A stretch of DNA of 64,000 bases from Phycisphaerales bacterium (GTDB taxonomy: Bacteria > Planctomycetota > Phycisphaerae > WQYP01): assembly GCA_027451365.1 (NCBI GenBank), contig DAIDJN010000035.1:1-64000 (forward strand), in the 5' to 3' direction. Shown here piece by piece: positions 1-10,555 of the stretch. Position numbers and translations under genes: made by a program. A model generated the notes under the pieces. That model made no database searches. It saw only the letters and a program-made list of their open reading frames with translations, and was not told where the DNA came from. Each line of letters starts with the position of its first letter. Position 1 is the stretch's first letter.

Positions 1-36
1 CTCCAACGCTTCCTGACGACTGGTCGCTGCTGACAT
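1..36 (-). CDS. 5' end of a gene running off the window (MSAATSRQEALE...), product unknown
   Basis: ATG at 36 preceded by strong RBS AAGGAGG on the minus strand; frame is open to the window edge. Confidence 0.6.
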   Translation of the reverse strand, partial: MSAATSRQEALE

Positions 37-318
37 GTTTGTTCCTCCTTGAATAAAGTCACAACTGCCGAACCACATCCTGTGGATCAGTCTTCACATA
101 TTTTACCAAGCGATACCCTGGACAGAAACTGTCACAGGCCCCTTGCCCACTTTCCCGCAGCTTGCCCGCCGGACAAGGCAGATGTCGCATTGGTTCGTCC
201 CGTTCAGGTGCCATAAGCTTGCCGTCCGGTCGGGGCCAATCCGCCCTATTCTGCCTCTGCTGTGGCGGAATTCGCGTCGCCCAAGGAAAATACTCGCCTG
301 CGAACCACCTGCCCCCCA

Positions 319-1734
319 TTATCTGGAAATGGCTTGAAATACCGGCGCGGGGGCCTGATTCCATACCACATGGGAAACATCCTGACAGACAATGGCCGGC
401 CGGCCATCCGGCATTTCCAGGTGAAAATCCACATTATTAAGCCGCAGGTTGCTGACATGCCTTGCAAAAATGCCGTAGGCGGGAAAATACCTCGAAAACA
501 GATAGAAATCCGGAAATTCGCTTATGACCTCCGGGACGTGCACTTTGGCATCGGATGCGGCCGCCCCGCCGGTCAGGGTCATCTGAATATTGTCCAAGAC
601 CACACTGCCGATCGGATCTCCGGGAATTCCGGTTATAAACACGCCGGTCGGAAACAGCAGATGCCCCTCGTTGCAGGCGGTCGCCGTGACATTCCGGATT
701 ACAATATTGGTGATGGTACCGGGCTTTTCCGGCTTCTGGCCCGGATGGAACGTGCCAAGCCGCGCCCCCAGGCGAATGAAAATCGGCATGTCCACATTTC
801 GCATGGAAAAATTATCAAACCGGACATTGTGAATATGGCCGCCATCCATGCACAGAATTTTAATTCCGCCCAGACGGGTGTCATAGGCGTGGCAGTCGCG
901 GACATGAATATCGCTGAAAGTACCGCGCGATTCGCTGCCAAACTTGACCGCGGCGCACTGGCTGCTTAGGCGGCAGTCGCGCACGCGAATGTGGCGGCAC
1001 GGTGCGCGGGTGGTGGTTTTGAAGCAGATGCAGTCATCCTCGGAATTGATATCGCAGTGCACGATCCGAACCAGCTCGGACGAGTCAATGTCGATTCCAT
1101 CGTTGTTATAATTTGCATGATTATAAATAGTTACATGGCTAACAAGAACGGTCCGGCAATGGTAAAGATTCAATCCCCAGGCGGCGGATTGCGTCAGGCG
1201 GACATTCCGAACGGTAACACCCTGGCAATCCGCCAGGCGAACCAGAAACGGCCGATCGCCGTTGAAACCCACGCCGTCGCCATCAACCGTGCCGTGTCCG
1301 GTTATACCGATGTTTCGCGCCCCGGCGGCACCTATCAGGCAATAGCCAAAAGACTGGCCATCCCCATCCACAAATGGATCTACCTTGACATAATCCGCCA
1401 GATGCGGCGAACCGAATATTTCCGCCCCTTTTTCCAGATGCAGCGTGACATTGCTTTTCAGCAGCACCGTGCCGCAAAAGTATTTCCCTGGCGGAAACAG
1501 TACGGTTCCTCCGCCGTAGCTGGTACACGTATTAATCGCACGGTTGATTGCCGCGGTATCCGGATGAACCGCGTTGCCCATGGCACCGAAGTTTCGCACG
1601 TTATAAACCCCACTGGCTGACCTTCCCATCGCGGCCTGGCGAGCGAGGCGTCGCATGGCCACCACGGTTACCACAATCACCGCCGCGGCCAGCAGCACAA
1701 TGAGCAGATTTAATACCGGCGACAGACTTTTCAT
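319..1734 (-). CDS. Glycoside hydrolase family 28 (polygalacturonase-like beta-helix), N-terminal membrane anchor
   Basis: YNVRNFGAMGN..DTAAINRAI, NNDGIDID, EDDCICFK and KFGSES motifs typical of GH28. Confidence 0.85.
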   Translation of the reverse strand: MKSLSPVLNLLIVLLAAAVIVVTVVAMRRLARQAAMGRSASGVYNVRNFGAMGNAVHPDTAAINRAINTCTSYGGGTVLFPPGKYFCGTVLLKSNVTLHLEKGAEIFGSPHLADYVKVDPFVDGDGQSFGYCLIGAAGARNIGITGHGTVDGDGVGFNGDRPFLVRLADCQGVTVRNVRLTQSAAWGLNLYHCRTVLVSHVTIYNHANYNNDGIDIDSSELVRIVHCDINSEDDCICFKTTTRAPCRHIRVRDCRLSSQCAAVKFGSESRGTFSDIHVRDCHAYDTRLGGIKILCMDGGHIHNVRFDNFSMRNVDMPIFIRLGARLGTFHPGQKPEKPGTITNIVIRNVTATACNEGHLLFPTGVFITGIPGDPIGSVVLDNIQMTLTGGAAASDAKVHVPEVISEFPDFYLFSRYFPAYGIFARHVSNLRLNNVDFHLEMPDGRPAIVCQDVSHVVWNQAPAPVFQAISR

Positions 1735-1886
1735 AAATGTCAGTTCCTGAAACAGATTCTGTTTAGCATGACATCCCGGCGGCCATGGGCCAGCGTGGAC
1801 ATCTGATCGTACGATTTAAATGCCCGTCAGTCACGCGGACGTCCAGGCGGGAAAATCCAGGCAGCGGCGGGATCAGGGACGCTGAA

Positions 1887-3314
1887 TCACTTGGGCCTAT
1901 ATCCAAAAAAGCAGCGCTTTTGAATTATTTCAGAAACATTTTCCGGCACCATGGTCTTCCAGGAATCATCGCCGATCTTAATTTTCTGCAAAACATCGCG
2001 GGAAAAAATAGGCAGGTATTCCGGCCGGTAGTTATCCATCTGCTGAATGAATCCGCGCTCCAGCAGATACCCGTAAAGTTGGCCAAGTTCCGGCTTGATG
2101 CCCAGAGTCTGCGCGGTCACGATATTTTTTTCCGCATTCAGATAGGGGTACACATACAGCTTATGTTCATTTTTAAACAGTCGGCCGAGTGATTCCAGTA
2201 TGCCGCCTTCCAGATCGGCATAGTATTTTTCGTCGAATAATTCCAGCAGACTTGCGGCCCCCATGACCAATCCCAGCGGCATTTTGGTATAGCGGGCCAG
2301 GCAGGCGGCCAATCGGTAAAATTCGAAGAAATCCGAAATAAGCACGGTCTTTCCACAGGCGCACAGAATGTCGGCCCTTGCCAGAAAATCACGCAGATCT
2401 ATATCCGCACCACTTGCCTTTAGATTGCGCATGGTGATTTCCATTAATTCAACCGGCTCACCGATGCCCGCCCCGGCGACCTGCGCGAATTTTTCCCGGG
2501 CACAGCGCAACATGTCCAGGTTGACATGGGTGACAGGACGAAAGCTTCCACGCTCTACCAGAATAGGCTTATTATGCAGAATTTCAGAGGGCTGAAGCAC
2601 TTCGCCCGACGGGCCAAACATAGCCGAGTCACTTAAGCCAAGCTCCACCAGACGCAGGCTCATGATGCGGTTGTCCACGTGGCGGAATTCGATTCCAGTG
2701 AATTCAATCATATCGATTTCAATGCGGTCAATCGAAAGTCCGTCCAGAAGGGACTTAAGCAGCAACTCCGGTTCATAATGCAGGAAAAACGCGCCGTACA
2801 GCAGATTCACGCCCACGATTCCCAGCGCCTCCTGCTGTTGCGAATTTTCGCGATCCAACATGCGAACATGAAGGATGATCTGACTATCCTGATCGCGCGG
2901 ATGGGCCTGAAATTTAACTCCCAGCCAGCCATGCCCTTCGCGGGTGGAATTGAATCCACGCGCCGCCACTGTGTTGGCAAACGCAAAAAAGGCCGTGGTA
3001 TCGCCGCGCGATTCGTTCAATCGGCTTAAATTCAGTTTGTGTTCGTAATCCAGCATGGACTGAAGTCGGGCCCGGCTTACATACCGTTCGGATTTCCCGT
3101 AAATCGCATCGCTGACGGACATGTCATACGCACTAATGCTTTTGGCGATGGTGCCTGAAGCGCCGCCCGCGCGGAAGAACCAGCGGACAACTTCCTGACC
3201 GGCGCCGATTTCGGCAAACGTGCCGTAGCGCCGACGATCCAGATTAATTTCCAGTGCCTTGTGCGAAGGATCCATGTGTTCGCGTTTAACACCCGTGCCG
3301 TCGTTGCCATTCAT
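1887..3314 (-). CDS. Conserved cytoplasmic protein, putative nucleotidyltransferase-like (family often mislabelled TonB-dependent receptor)
   Basis: YGTFAEIGAGQEV..WFFRAGGASGTIAKSISAYDM and RGSFRPVT motifs; no signal peptide or beta-barrel pattern. Confidence 0.65.
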   Translation of the reverse strand: MNGNDGTGVKREHMDPSHKALEINLDRRRYGTFAEIGAGQEVVRWFFRAGGASGTIAKSISAYDMSVSDAIYGKSERYVSRARLQSMLDYEHKLNLSRLNESRGDTTAFFAFANTVAARGFNSTREGHGWLGVKFQAHPRDQDSQIILHVRMLDRENSQQQEALGIVGVNLLYGAFFLHYEPELLLKSLLDGLSIDRIEIDMIEFTGIEFRHVDNRIMSLRLVELGLSDSAMFGPSGEVLQPSEILHNKPILVERGSFRPVTHVNLDMLRCAREKFAQVAGAGIGEPVELMEITMRNLKASGADIDLRDFLARADILCACGKTVLISDFFEFYRLAACLARYTKMPLGLVMGAASLLELFDEKYYADLEGGILESLGRLFKNEHKLYVYPYLNAEKNIVTAQTLGIKPELGQLYGYLLERGFIQQMDNYRPEYLPIFSRDVLQKIKIGDDSWKTMVPENVSEIIQKRCFFGYRPK

Positions 3315-3607
3315 TGGCCATCTCCATACAGCTTGCCCGTACTTTCTGGCTATCGGCTTTGCGCCAAAGCAGCCAGAATACGGGAGCAGTTTACCGCATG
3401 ATGCTATAGACAGGCGACCCTTAAGACAAATTGATTGGTGATGAGCCTGTTGGTCTGGCGCGCCTGCCCGGCGATCTATCCCTTAAGAATGGAGCGACCG
3501 CACTCGCCGCCGGTCATTTTCCGCCGGTTTCAGGGTAACAAACCCGAAGGGGGAAAAAAATTCCGCCAGGTTCAAATCCCCGCCGTGCGCTGGTATAAAC
3601 GTATTCC

Positions 3608-4414
3608 ATGAACAGTGACAATCCACATGCATCGGTAAAACCTTCCGCCTCAGGGGGCGGACCGGCGTCTCCCATGCCCAAGAACCTGACCATTCTTGGC
3701 ATAGTTGCAACGGCACTTATCTGCCTGTTGAGTTTCAACGCCCGTCTGGATACCACGCTCTGGCGGGCGACACGGTGGCTCATGGGCGATCAGCAACCTT
3801 ACAGTTGGGCCGCCGTAAAATTAAATCCGGCAACCCATCCGCACGCTCCCTGGTGGCGAACCACCACCCCCCTGTTTCATTCCCAACTGTATCATCACAT
3901 GGAATCAACGTGGCGGGCACTGCGCGATGTCGGAGTTCCGGCTGAGGTTCTGTTCATCATGCTGCTGGTGGCGGTGTATGACCCGGCTCGCTGGCGCGGC
4001 GGAGCGATCATGCTGGGAAGCATTCTGGGAGCGGGCGGAGTATCGGAATTCTTTAAAAGTCTGTGCGGACGTATCAGACCTATTGGAATGTTACCCAGCG
4101 GTCATTTAAATGACGGATTAAATGTATGGATATTCGGCCGCGGCCTGCATACCCAAAAGGATTTGAGCTTTCCCAGCGGCCATGCGGTGGTTGCTTTTGC
4201 CATGGCCGCGGCACTGACATATTTATCGCCGCGCGGCAAATGGCTGTTTTTAATGGTCGCATGGCTGACAGCTTTTTCGCGCGTGGTCATGCAGGCACAT
4301 TTTTATTCCGACATTATTGCCGGCGGAACGATCGGCTGGTTTTGCGGCTTTGGCGTAGCTATTTGGCTTGGGGCGAAGCTTGGTGTTCCGCAGCGCCGGA
4401 CACAGGCAGCCTGA
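3608..4414 (+). CDS. PAP2-family membrane phosphatase
   Basis: K..CGRIRP, SFPSGH and SRVVMQAHFYSD motifs; several hydrophobic segments. Confidence 0.9.
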   Translation: MNSDNPHASVKPSASGGGPASPMPKNLTILGIVATALICLLSFNARLDTTLWRATRWLMGDQQPYSWAAVKLNPATHPHAPWWRTTTPLFHSQLYHHMESTWRALRDVGVPAEVLFIMLLVAVYDPARWRGGAIMLGSILGAGGVSEFFKSLCGRIRPIGMLPSGHLNDGLNVWIFGRGLHTQKDLSFPSGHAVVAFAMAAALTYLSPRGKWLFLMVAWLTAFSRVVMQAHFYSDIIAGGTIGWFCGFGVAIWLGAKLGVPQRRTQAA

Positions 4415-5723
4415 ATTTCGCCCGATTCGCAAACACCATCAGAGTAACCGCCAGACAAAGCGCGGCGGAAATGTAATAAGGCGCTGCGGGGAACAGATAT
4501 TCAAACAGCAGGCCCGCCAGAATAGGCCCGGCACAGCGCGCCAGGCTGGCCATTCCCTGATTCGCCCCCAACACTTCGCCCTGCTCATCGGCGCTGCAAT
4601 GACGGCTGATCAGGCTTTGCATGGCCGGGTTGAAGATGCCAATGCCTATGGCCAACAGCAGCCCGCCGATTAAAAATCCTGTCCATTTCCACGCCCAGTG
4701 CACGGGCAGGCCGATCAACACAAGGCCGGCGGAAATAATAATCGGGCCCGTGACAGCCAGTTTCAGTTCACCATATTTTTTGGTCAACCGGCCGATCATG
4801 CCGCCTTGAATCATCACAATCATCACACCAATCGCGCCAAACAGAAGTCCGGACGCCTCGGATGCCCGCCTGTCCTGCTTCTTGCGGAACGCGACTGCGC
4901 CGGGCGAATTGGAAAAAGCGCCGGTCGTAGGATGGGCGTCTGGCTGATTCGGAATAGGTGCGGTGACCGGCTGCATCGGATACAGGCGATTCTGAATAAG
5001 CAGGCTCAACGTTTGTTCCATTCCGGCAAAGGCGAAACCATTTACGAAAAACAGAAGAATCAGCGGCCCGATGATTGGCCGAACAATGGAATGCTGCAGA
5101 CCGCGGAAAGAAAAACGCCGGGCGGCGGCATCATTTTTCGTCGCATTCAGGACGCGCGATTCGGGTAAAGTGAACCAGGTCATCAGGAGAGCCGCAATGG
5201 TAAAGACTGACGCGGCCAGCGGGACATATTGCAAACCGAAAAATTTGCTGACCCCCGCGCCGATCAGCGGCCCGCACACAAATCCCAGGCCAAATGCCGC
5301 CCCGATGGCACCCATTCCCTTCGCCCGGTTTTCGGGCGTGGTGATGTCCGCTATGTAGGCATTAGCCGTGGAAATATTTCCACCGCTGATGCCGTCAATG
5401 ATACGGGATAAAAAAATCAGAATAATGCCCAGCGCCTGCCCGCGGAACGCGTTGGCGGCGAATAAAATCAGAAATCCCGCCAGCGTACCCAACTGGCTTA
5501 TGAGCAGCACAGGCCGCCGACCAATACGGTCAGACCACTTGCCCAGCACCGGTGCGAAGATAAATTGGAAAAATGAATAGGTCGCGCCGATTAATGTCAG
5601 ATAAAAATAATTGTTTATGCCATATTGCTGGCCATACAACTGCAGATTGGGCAGCACAATGCCGAAACCCACCAGATCAATAAAAACAATCAGAAATATG
5701 GTAAGCAAACTGGCTTTCTTCAT
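4359..5723 (-). CDS. MFS transporter, TetA/DHA1-like
   Basis: LGKWSDRIGRRPVLL motif A, RIIDGISGGNIS, AYIADIT; about 12 TM segments. Confidence 0.9.
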   Translation of the reverse strand: MKKASLLTIFLIVFIDLVGFGIVLPNLQLYGQQYGINNYFYLTLIGATYSFFQFIFAPVLGKWSDRIGRRPVLLISQLGTLAGFLILFAANAFRGQALGIILIFLSRIIDGISGGNISTANAYIADITTPENRAKGMGAIGAAFGLGFVCGPLIGAGVSKFFGLQYVPLAASVFTIAALLMTWFTLPESRVLNATKNDAAARRFSFRGLQHSIVRPIIGPLILLFFVNGFAFAGMEQTLSLLIQNRLYPMQPVTAPIPNQPDAHPTTGAFSNSPGAVAFRKKQDRRASEASGLLFGAIGVMIVMIQGGMIGRLTKKYGELKLAVTGPIIISAGLVLIGLPVHWAWKWTGFLIGGLLLAIGIGIFNPAMQSLISRHCSADEQGEVLGANQGMASLARCAGPILAGLLFEYLFPAAPYYISAALCLAVTLMVFANRAKFRLPVSGAAEHQASPQAK

Positions 5724-5806
5724 TTTTTCTCCATACAGCTTCTTTGCGCGGCTGCCCGCCGCGCGGATGATGATACTCTTCCACTACGGAATAGGCCATC
5801 AATCGT

Positions 5807-7123
5807 TCACCGGTTTATTCCAAGTTTTTTCTGATCAAAAGCCTGGCTGCCACGATTCACATAACCTTCAAACGCGGCCAGCACATCCCCCATTATCGTA
5901 TCGGATACCGCCACCGCCCGCGCGGTCAGGCGCAACCGGGAATCGGTTACTTCCAACAGGCCGAGCCCCTCGTATTTCTTCAAAACACCCGCAAGAATTT
6001 CAACCGCATCCAGGCCGGTGGTCTGCCCAAAGGCTGCAAGATTTAATCCTTCGGTCAGCCGCAGCGCCAGCATGGCCCGTTCACCCCAGCGCGCCGCGCC
6101 CACCAGTCGTTCCATTTGGGTGATCGGCAGGCGCGATGGGTGATCCAGCAATGCGGTCGCATAACGCATAAGACTTGGCACATTCTTCCAGCGGTATCCG
6201 GAATGGTGGCCAGCGGCGGCCGGCCCCCACGCCAGATAGTTTTGGCCACGCCAGTAATTTAAATTGTGCTGGCACTCAAAACCAGAACGGGCGAAATTGG
6301 AAACTTCATAACGGTTCAGTCCGGCGGCGGCCAGTGTGTCGCGCACCATGTCAAACATTTCCAATTCCAGATTTTCATCCATTGGAGCAATTTGTCCGCT
6401 CTTCAGCCGGGCAGTCATCGGGGTATTTGGTTCATAAACCAGGCTATAACAGGATATATGAGCCGGATGAAGTTCGATCGCCCGATGAAGGCTTTGGCGC
6501 AAAGAGGCCAGCGTTTGACCGGGAATTCCGAAAATAAGGTCGATGTTGATGTTCGAAATGCCTGCTTTTTGCGCGAAACTTATGGCCAGTGGCACACTTT
6601 CAGGATCATGATCGCGTTGTAGGGTTTTAAGCTCATTTAAATGGAATGATTGCGCGCCAAAACTAACGCGGTTTACACCCGCTTCGGCCAATATTTCCGC
6701 ACGTACCTGGTCGAAGGTGTTGGGATTGGCTTCGGTTGTAAATTCCTTTACGCGATTTATTTTAACTGATTTACGTAAATTATTCAGAAGAGCAGCCAAA
6801 TCCTCCGGCGGCAAAAGGGTTGGCGTGCCGCCGCCAATAAAGATTGTTTCTGGCTCTGGAGTACCGAAATGTGTCGTTTGCAGTTGCATTTCACAATTAA
6901 TCGCAGCCAAAAAGCGAGGAATCTGCTCTAAATGCCCGGCCAAGGAATAAAAGTCGCAATAATGGCATTTGGTCGTACAGAATGGTACGTGCATGTAAAT
7001 TGCCTGAACTGCTGATTGTGAATCTAACCTATCAGCGGGCGGCAGGTCAAAAAACCTCTCCAGCGGAAGGGGCTTGCCGCCAACAGGAACGGGCACTACG
7101 GGTAAATTTATTCTTTCTGTCAT
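5807..7123 (-). CDS. hemW: Radical SAM heme chaperone HemW (HemN-like); start could alternatively be 7165
   Basis: YMHVPFCTTKCHYCDF, GGGTPT, YEVSNFA, HNLNYW motifs; upstream part of the 644-aa ORF is the shadow of the FHA gene. Confidence 0.85.
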   Translation of the reverse strand: MTERINLPVVPVPVGGKPLPLERFFDLPPADRLDSQSAVQAIYMHVPFCTTKCHYCDFYSLAGHLEQIPRFLAAINCEMQLQTTHFGTPEPETIFIGGGTPTLLPPEDLAALLNNLRKSVKINRVKEFTTEANPNTFDQVRAEILAEAGVNRVSFGAQSFHLNELKTLQRDHDPESVPLAISFAQKAGISNINIDLIFGIPGQTLASLRQSLHRAIELHPAHISCYSLVYEPNTPMTARLKSGQIAPMDENLELEMFDMVRDTLAAAGLNRYEVSNFARSGFECQHNLNYWRGQNYLAWGPAAAGHHSGYRWKNVPSLMRYATALLDHPSRLPITQMERLVGAARWGERAMLALRLTEGLNLAAFGQTTGLDAVEILAGVLKKYEGLGLLEVTDSRLRLTARAVAVSDTIMGDVLAAFEGYVNRGSQAFDQKKLGINR

Positions 7124-7270
7124 ATTTTTTGCGACCTCAAGGGCATTATTGTACGATATATTCATCAGAGGGTCAGAGTTTTGAGATTCGGTGCAGCGCG
7201 CCGTGCCGGTTTCCCGGAACGGTTCGACGTAGTATTGCATAACCGCAGTTTTTATGCCGGAGGTTATACC

Positions 7271-7765
7271 ATGGATCTGACTCTTGTTGTCTTCAAGGAA
7301 GATGGCCAACGCCGCGAATTTCCCATCCACCGGACCAAAACGGTTATTGGACGTGGCGATGATTGCGAACTTCAGGTTCCGCTCGGAACCATATCTCGGC
7401 ACCATTGTGAAATTGCAATTGAAGACAACACAGCGATGCTGAAGGATGCCGGCAGTTCCAATGGAACTTATCACAACAATCAGCGCGTGACCGTGGACCA
7501 GCCCCTGATGCCCGGTGATCATATTCGCATCGGACCCGTGACATTTACGGTCGTTATTGATGGCGAACCGACACAAATCAAGCCGGTGCGCACCATTCTG
7601 GGCGAGGAAATTTCTGATCGAAGCCGCAACCAATCCGAAGATTCGGGTACGGTTGATATTGAACCAAAAGATGATCTGCCCGTGGCTGAAGAACTGGATC
7701 ATGAACATATTCCAGCGGACGACGCGCTTTCGGCATTGCAATCGCTTACCAAGCCCAAAGCTTAA
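7271..7765 (+). CDS. FHA-domain protein with acidic tail
   Basis: IGR..DC..ISRHHC..LKDAGSSNGT; GGAGG RBS before ATG 7271. Confidence 0.9.
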   Translation: MDLTLVVFKEDGQRREFPIHRTKTVIGRGDDCELQVPLGTISRHHCEIAIEDNTAMLKDAGSSNGTYHNNQRVTVDQPLMPGDHIRIGPVTFTVVIDGEPTQIKPVRTILGEEISDRSRNQSEDSGTVDIEPKDDLPVAEELDHEHIPADDALSALQSLTKPKA

Positions 7766-7774
7766 ATTTATGAA

Positions 7775-8548
7775 ATGAGAACGATCGTCCTATGCCAACC
7801 GCCCGGTGGGCCGCGTGTATCCGGCGGCTTGGGGTTGTTATGTCCTTGCCTGCTGGCGACATTTTTCCTTGTACTTCTAAACCCACGGTTTGCAATTGCC
7901 AACAAGCCGAATGAAAACATGCAGCGGGCCATCGGCCAGCTTGCTTCTGATCGCTGGCTTGAGCGGTCCCATGCCCAGCGCTGGCTGCTGCGACAAAACA
8001 ATTCGGCCCTTTCGGCGCTGGTATTCAAACTTCAGTTAACACACAATATGGAACAGAAGGCGCGCCTCATGCGTATCTGCCTGCAGATACTGCCTGTACA
8101 CGCAGAATTCGCTGCTGGTCCGCGACCGCTGATTGGCATCAACTTTTTTCCGCGACACCTGACGCTTACCACCAAAAAGAAAAGCATTCGTTTAAATGCC
8201 GCGCAGGTGATTTCGGTGCTGCCTGGCTTTCCGGCGGCCCGGGTTTTACAGAGCGGCGATATTATTCTTGCAATAAATTCTCATCCTTTTCCACACGGGG
8301 CTAATGCGTACACTTTTCCCCTGATGCTGAGCGCGTACCCACCCGGAGCGACGGTGAATCTGCTGGTTATGCGGGGAAGGAAACTGCGAACATTTTCGAT
8401 TCAACTGGTCGGAGTTCCGGCTTCTCCAACCGCCATCATTTCATTTATGCGGCAGCGCAATGCCATGACCGATAAATTTATCACACGGCATTGGCCATGG
8501 GGGCGTCCGCTTATTTTAGCGGCGAGCCCGAAACCGACGAAAAAATAA
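7775..8548 (+). CDS. Exported PDZ-domain protein
   Basis: V..VLPGFPAARVLQSGDIILAIN PDZ signature; N-terminal hydrophobic segment. Confidence 0.75.
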   Translation: MRTIVLCQPPGGPRVSGGLGLLCPCLLATFFLVLLNPRFAIANKPNENMQRAIGQLASDRWLERSHAQRWLLRQNNSALSALVFKLQLTHNMEQKARLMRICLQILPVHAEFAAGPRPLIGINFFPRHLTLTTKKKSIRLNAAQVISVLPGFPAARVLQSGDIILAINSHPFPHGANAYTFPLMLSAYPPGATVNLLVMRGRKLRTFSIQLVGVPASPTAIISFMRQRNAMTDKFITRHWPWGRPLILAASPKPTKK

Positions 8549-8567
8549 CCCACGCGCGTTGCAACTC

Positions 8568-8603
8568 AAAAAAAAGCCCGGATTTTGAAAGCAAAATCCG
8601 GGC
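8568..8603 (-). terminator. Rho-independent terminator after the PEP-CTERM gene
   Basis: 12-bp stem GCCCGGATTTTG/CAAAATCCGGGC with 4-nt loop, followed by a T-run on the minus strand. Confidence 0.8.
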
Positions 8604-8636
8604 CGCGAACGTTTTGCGTATGATATCCAATGAGAA

Positions 8637-9608
8637 TCAGATCATCATTTTTCGACGGCGAATCAGCATCGGAAACAGAGCCAATCCACCAACCGCCAGC
8701 AGGCCAAACGAAGCTGGGGTCGGCACGGACGGTCCAGCGGGAATAGTGCTTGGGTTGGGAACATTCAGTGTGATGGTGCTAAGAAGCACCGTCTGGCCCG
8801 GCGTGCCGGGCTGGCAATGGCTGCCAGCCTGACCGGCGGCAGCGGCCGTGATGTTAAGGTAACTTTCGCCCATCAATTCACTAAGCGAGATCGTTGTGGA
8901 TTGATTTGAGCCATTGCCGGAAGCTACGGAGCCAATTTGCTTACCGATGGTTCCCAGCGATGCGGATACAGAAATAATCGCCTCATCCGGGCTTTGCAGG
9001 CTGCCGATGGTGAGTGTGGCATCGGCCGGGCTGGCATTTGCCAGGAAGGCCAGAATGTTAGTCAAATCAATTTGAACCACGCCGGTCTGGTAGGTTTCGG
9101 TAGTGGTCACAATGCGGAATTTTCCCGAATGACTATCCTTCGTCGCGATTGACGGCGGTGTGTCGCTAATTTCATTGTCTGGGAAGTTGTACAAGCCGAG
9201 GCCCGTTTCAGTAGGATTCAAGTCCTTTCCATACAACGCAGCGGCGTTAGTAGTATTAGATGTGTAGGCTAACGTAACCTTGGGGCTGCCCACTTGGTGG
9301 CCCTTCGAAGAATATTTCGTAACAGTCGTTACGGAAGTTCCAACCTCCTCACCGTAGGCTTTAACACCCAAGTCGCTGCTCAATGGGAAGCCAAGAGAGT
9401 TGGCCGGGGATTCGCTGCCCGTGAAAGTCGCGTAATCGCCTAAATCTCCAGTGGTACTTAAGGAGGCCGAACTTGATGCGGTACTGAAGTTCCAGGTAAC
9501 TGCAGTGGCGCTGCCCGCAAAAGCGGTTCCGGCGTTTAAGGCTGCGGCCACGACGCAGGCCAGAACGGAGGTAACTTTAAATTTTCCAGCAAGCGCTTTG
9601 TTCACCAT
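8637..9608 (-). CDS. PEP-CTERM-like surface protein (VPTP variant), Ser/Thr-rich
   Basis: Signal peptide; C-terminus VPTPASFGLLAVGGLALFPMLIRRRK. Confidence 0.8.
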   Translation of the reverse strand: MVNKALAGKFKVTSVLACVVAAALNAGTAFAGSATAVTWNFSTASSSASLSTTGDLGDYATFTGSESPANSLGFPLSSDLGVKAYGEEVGTSVTTVTKYSSKGHQVGSPKVTLAYTSNTTNAAALYGKDLNPTETGLGLYNFPDNEISDTPPSIATKDSHSGKFRIVTTTETYQTGVVQIDLTNILAFLANASPADATLTIGSLQSPDEAIISVSASLGTIGKQIGSVASGNGSNQSTTISLSELMGESYLNITAAAAGQAGSHCQPGTPGQTVLLSTITLNVPNPSTIPAGPSVPTPASFGLLAVGGLALFPMLIRRRKMMI

Positions 9609-10100
9609 GATATATTTCCTTATTAAATTGCGACAATACGATTGTCACCAAACTCTGCTCCCTCTCATACGCCACAAACCACATGGTTCGCATCCATAAC
9701 GCATGGAAGAGGAATGCTTATCAGGAGCCAAATTACTCCGCAAACCCGCGGAACTGACGATCCTGATTAGGTGTTGAAAGAAAACCAGAACGAGATGTCT
9801 CTCCCGCTCACAAGTATCTTTCCTGAATCGCTTCAAACAACAACGACTTCTGACTGTTCTAATCTGTAGTTTTTTTAAATCATGGGGGGTGGTTGCTCTC
9901 AGCTTATATCAGGTCGGAGTCTCAATCCGACGAGCCTACTTTAATTCCCATTGGCAGATTTGTCAACAGAATTCTGCCTGTATTCTCGGTCCGTCGCGCC
10001 AAATATCGCGATTGCAAAATTTTGTTAATTGTGCGATGCAGTATCCGACTCCCAAAAATCGACCTAAAAATTAGACCGAATTCACTTTTGGCCTGATTTC

Positions 10101-10475
10101 TTATGGCTCCGGCCGAAAAATCGCCACACACCCTGGCGCCTCGGTTATACGCACTTCGGCCAGCCGAACCATTGCCGACATTTGCTTCGCCAATTCACGG
10201 CCAATAAATTCGGCAACCCGTTCTGCGGATGGGTTCCATTGCCGGTCAAATGGCGGAAAATTATTGAGATTCCGGTTCACCCACGGCCCCACGATTTGAT
10301 CCACAATTGCCTGAAGCGCATGAAAATCCATCACCGTTTCCAACGCATCAAGATTCGTGCTTTCCACCCGCACCGTCACGTGCCAGTTATGACCGTGCAA
10401 TGATTCCACGCCGCCATCTGCCAGCCGAAGCTGATGAGCTGCGCAAAATTCCCTGGTCACTTCAATGGCGTACAT
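10101..10475 (-). CDS. queD: 6-carboxytetrahydropterin synthase (QueD/PTPS family)
   Basis: F.AAHQL, LHGHNW, MDF, NPSAE..A, V.ITE motifs. Confidence 0.8.
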   Translation of the reverse strand: MYAIEVTREFCAAHQLRLADGGVESLHGHNWHVTVRVESTNLDALETVMDFHALQAIVDQIVGPWVNRNLNNFPPFDRQWNPSAERVAEFIGRELAKQMSAMVRLAEVRITEAPGCVAIFRPEP

Positions 10476-10555
10476 CTGCTTGGTCTCGTCAAGATTTCAA
10501 ATGTCTAGAACCGGTGGCGGCGGTGCCGAGGCTTTTCCGCGCACAAATTAAATCA

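Noticed and set aside
7166..7741. N-terminal ~190 aa of the 644-aa minus-strand ORF as part of HemW
   Set aside because: It is the antisense shadow of the FHA gene, which has its own RBS and domain motifs
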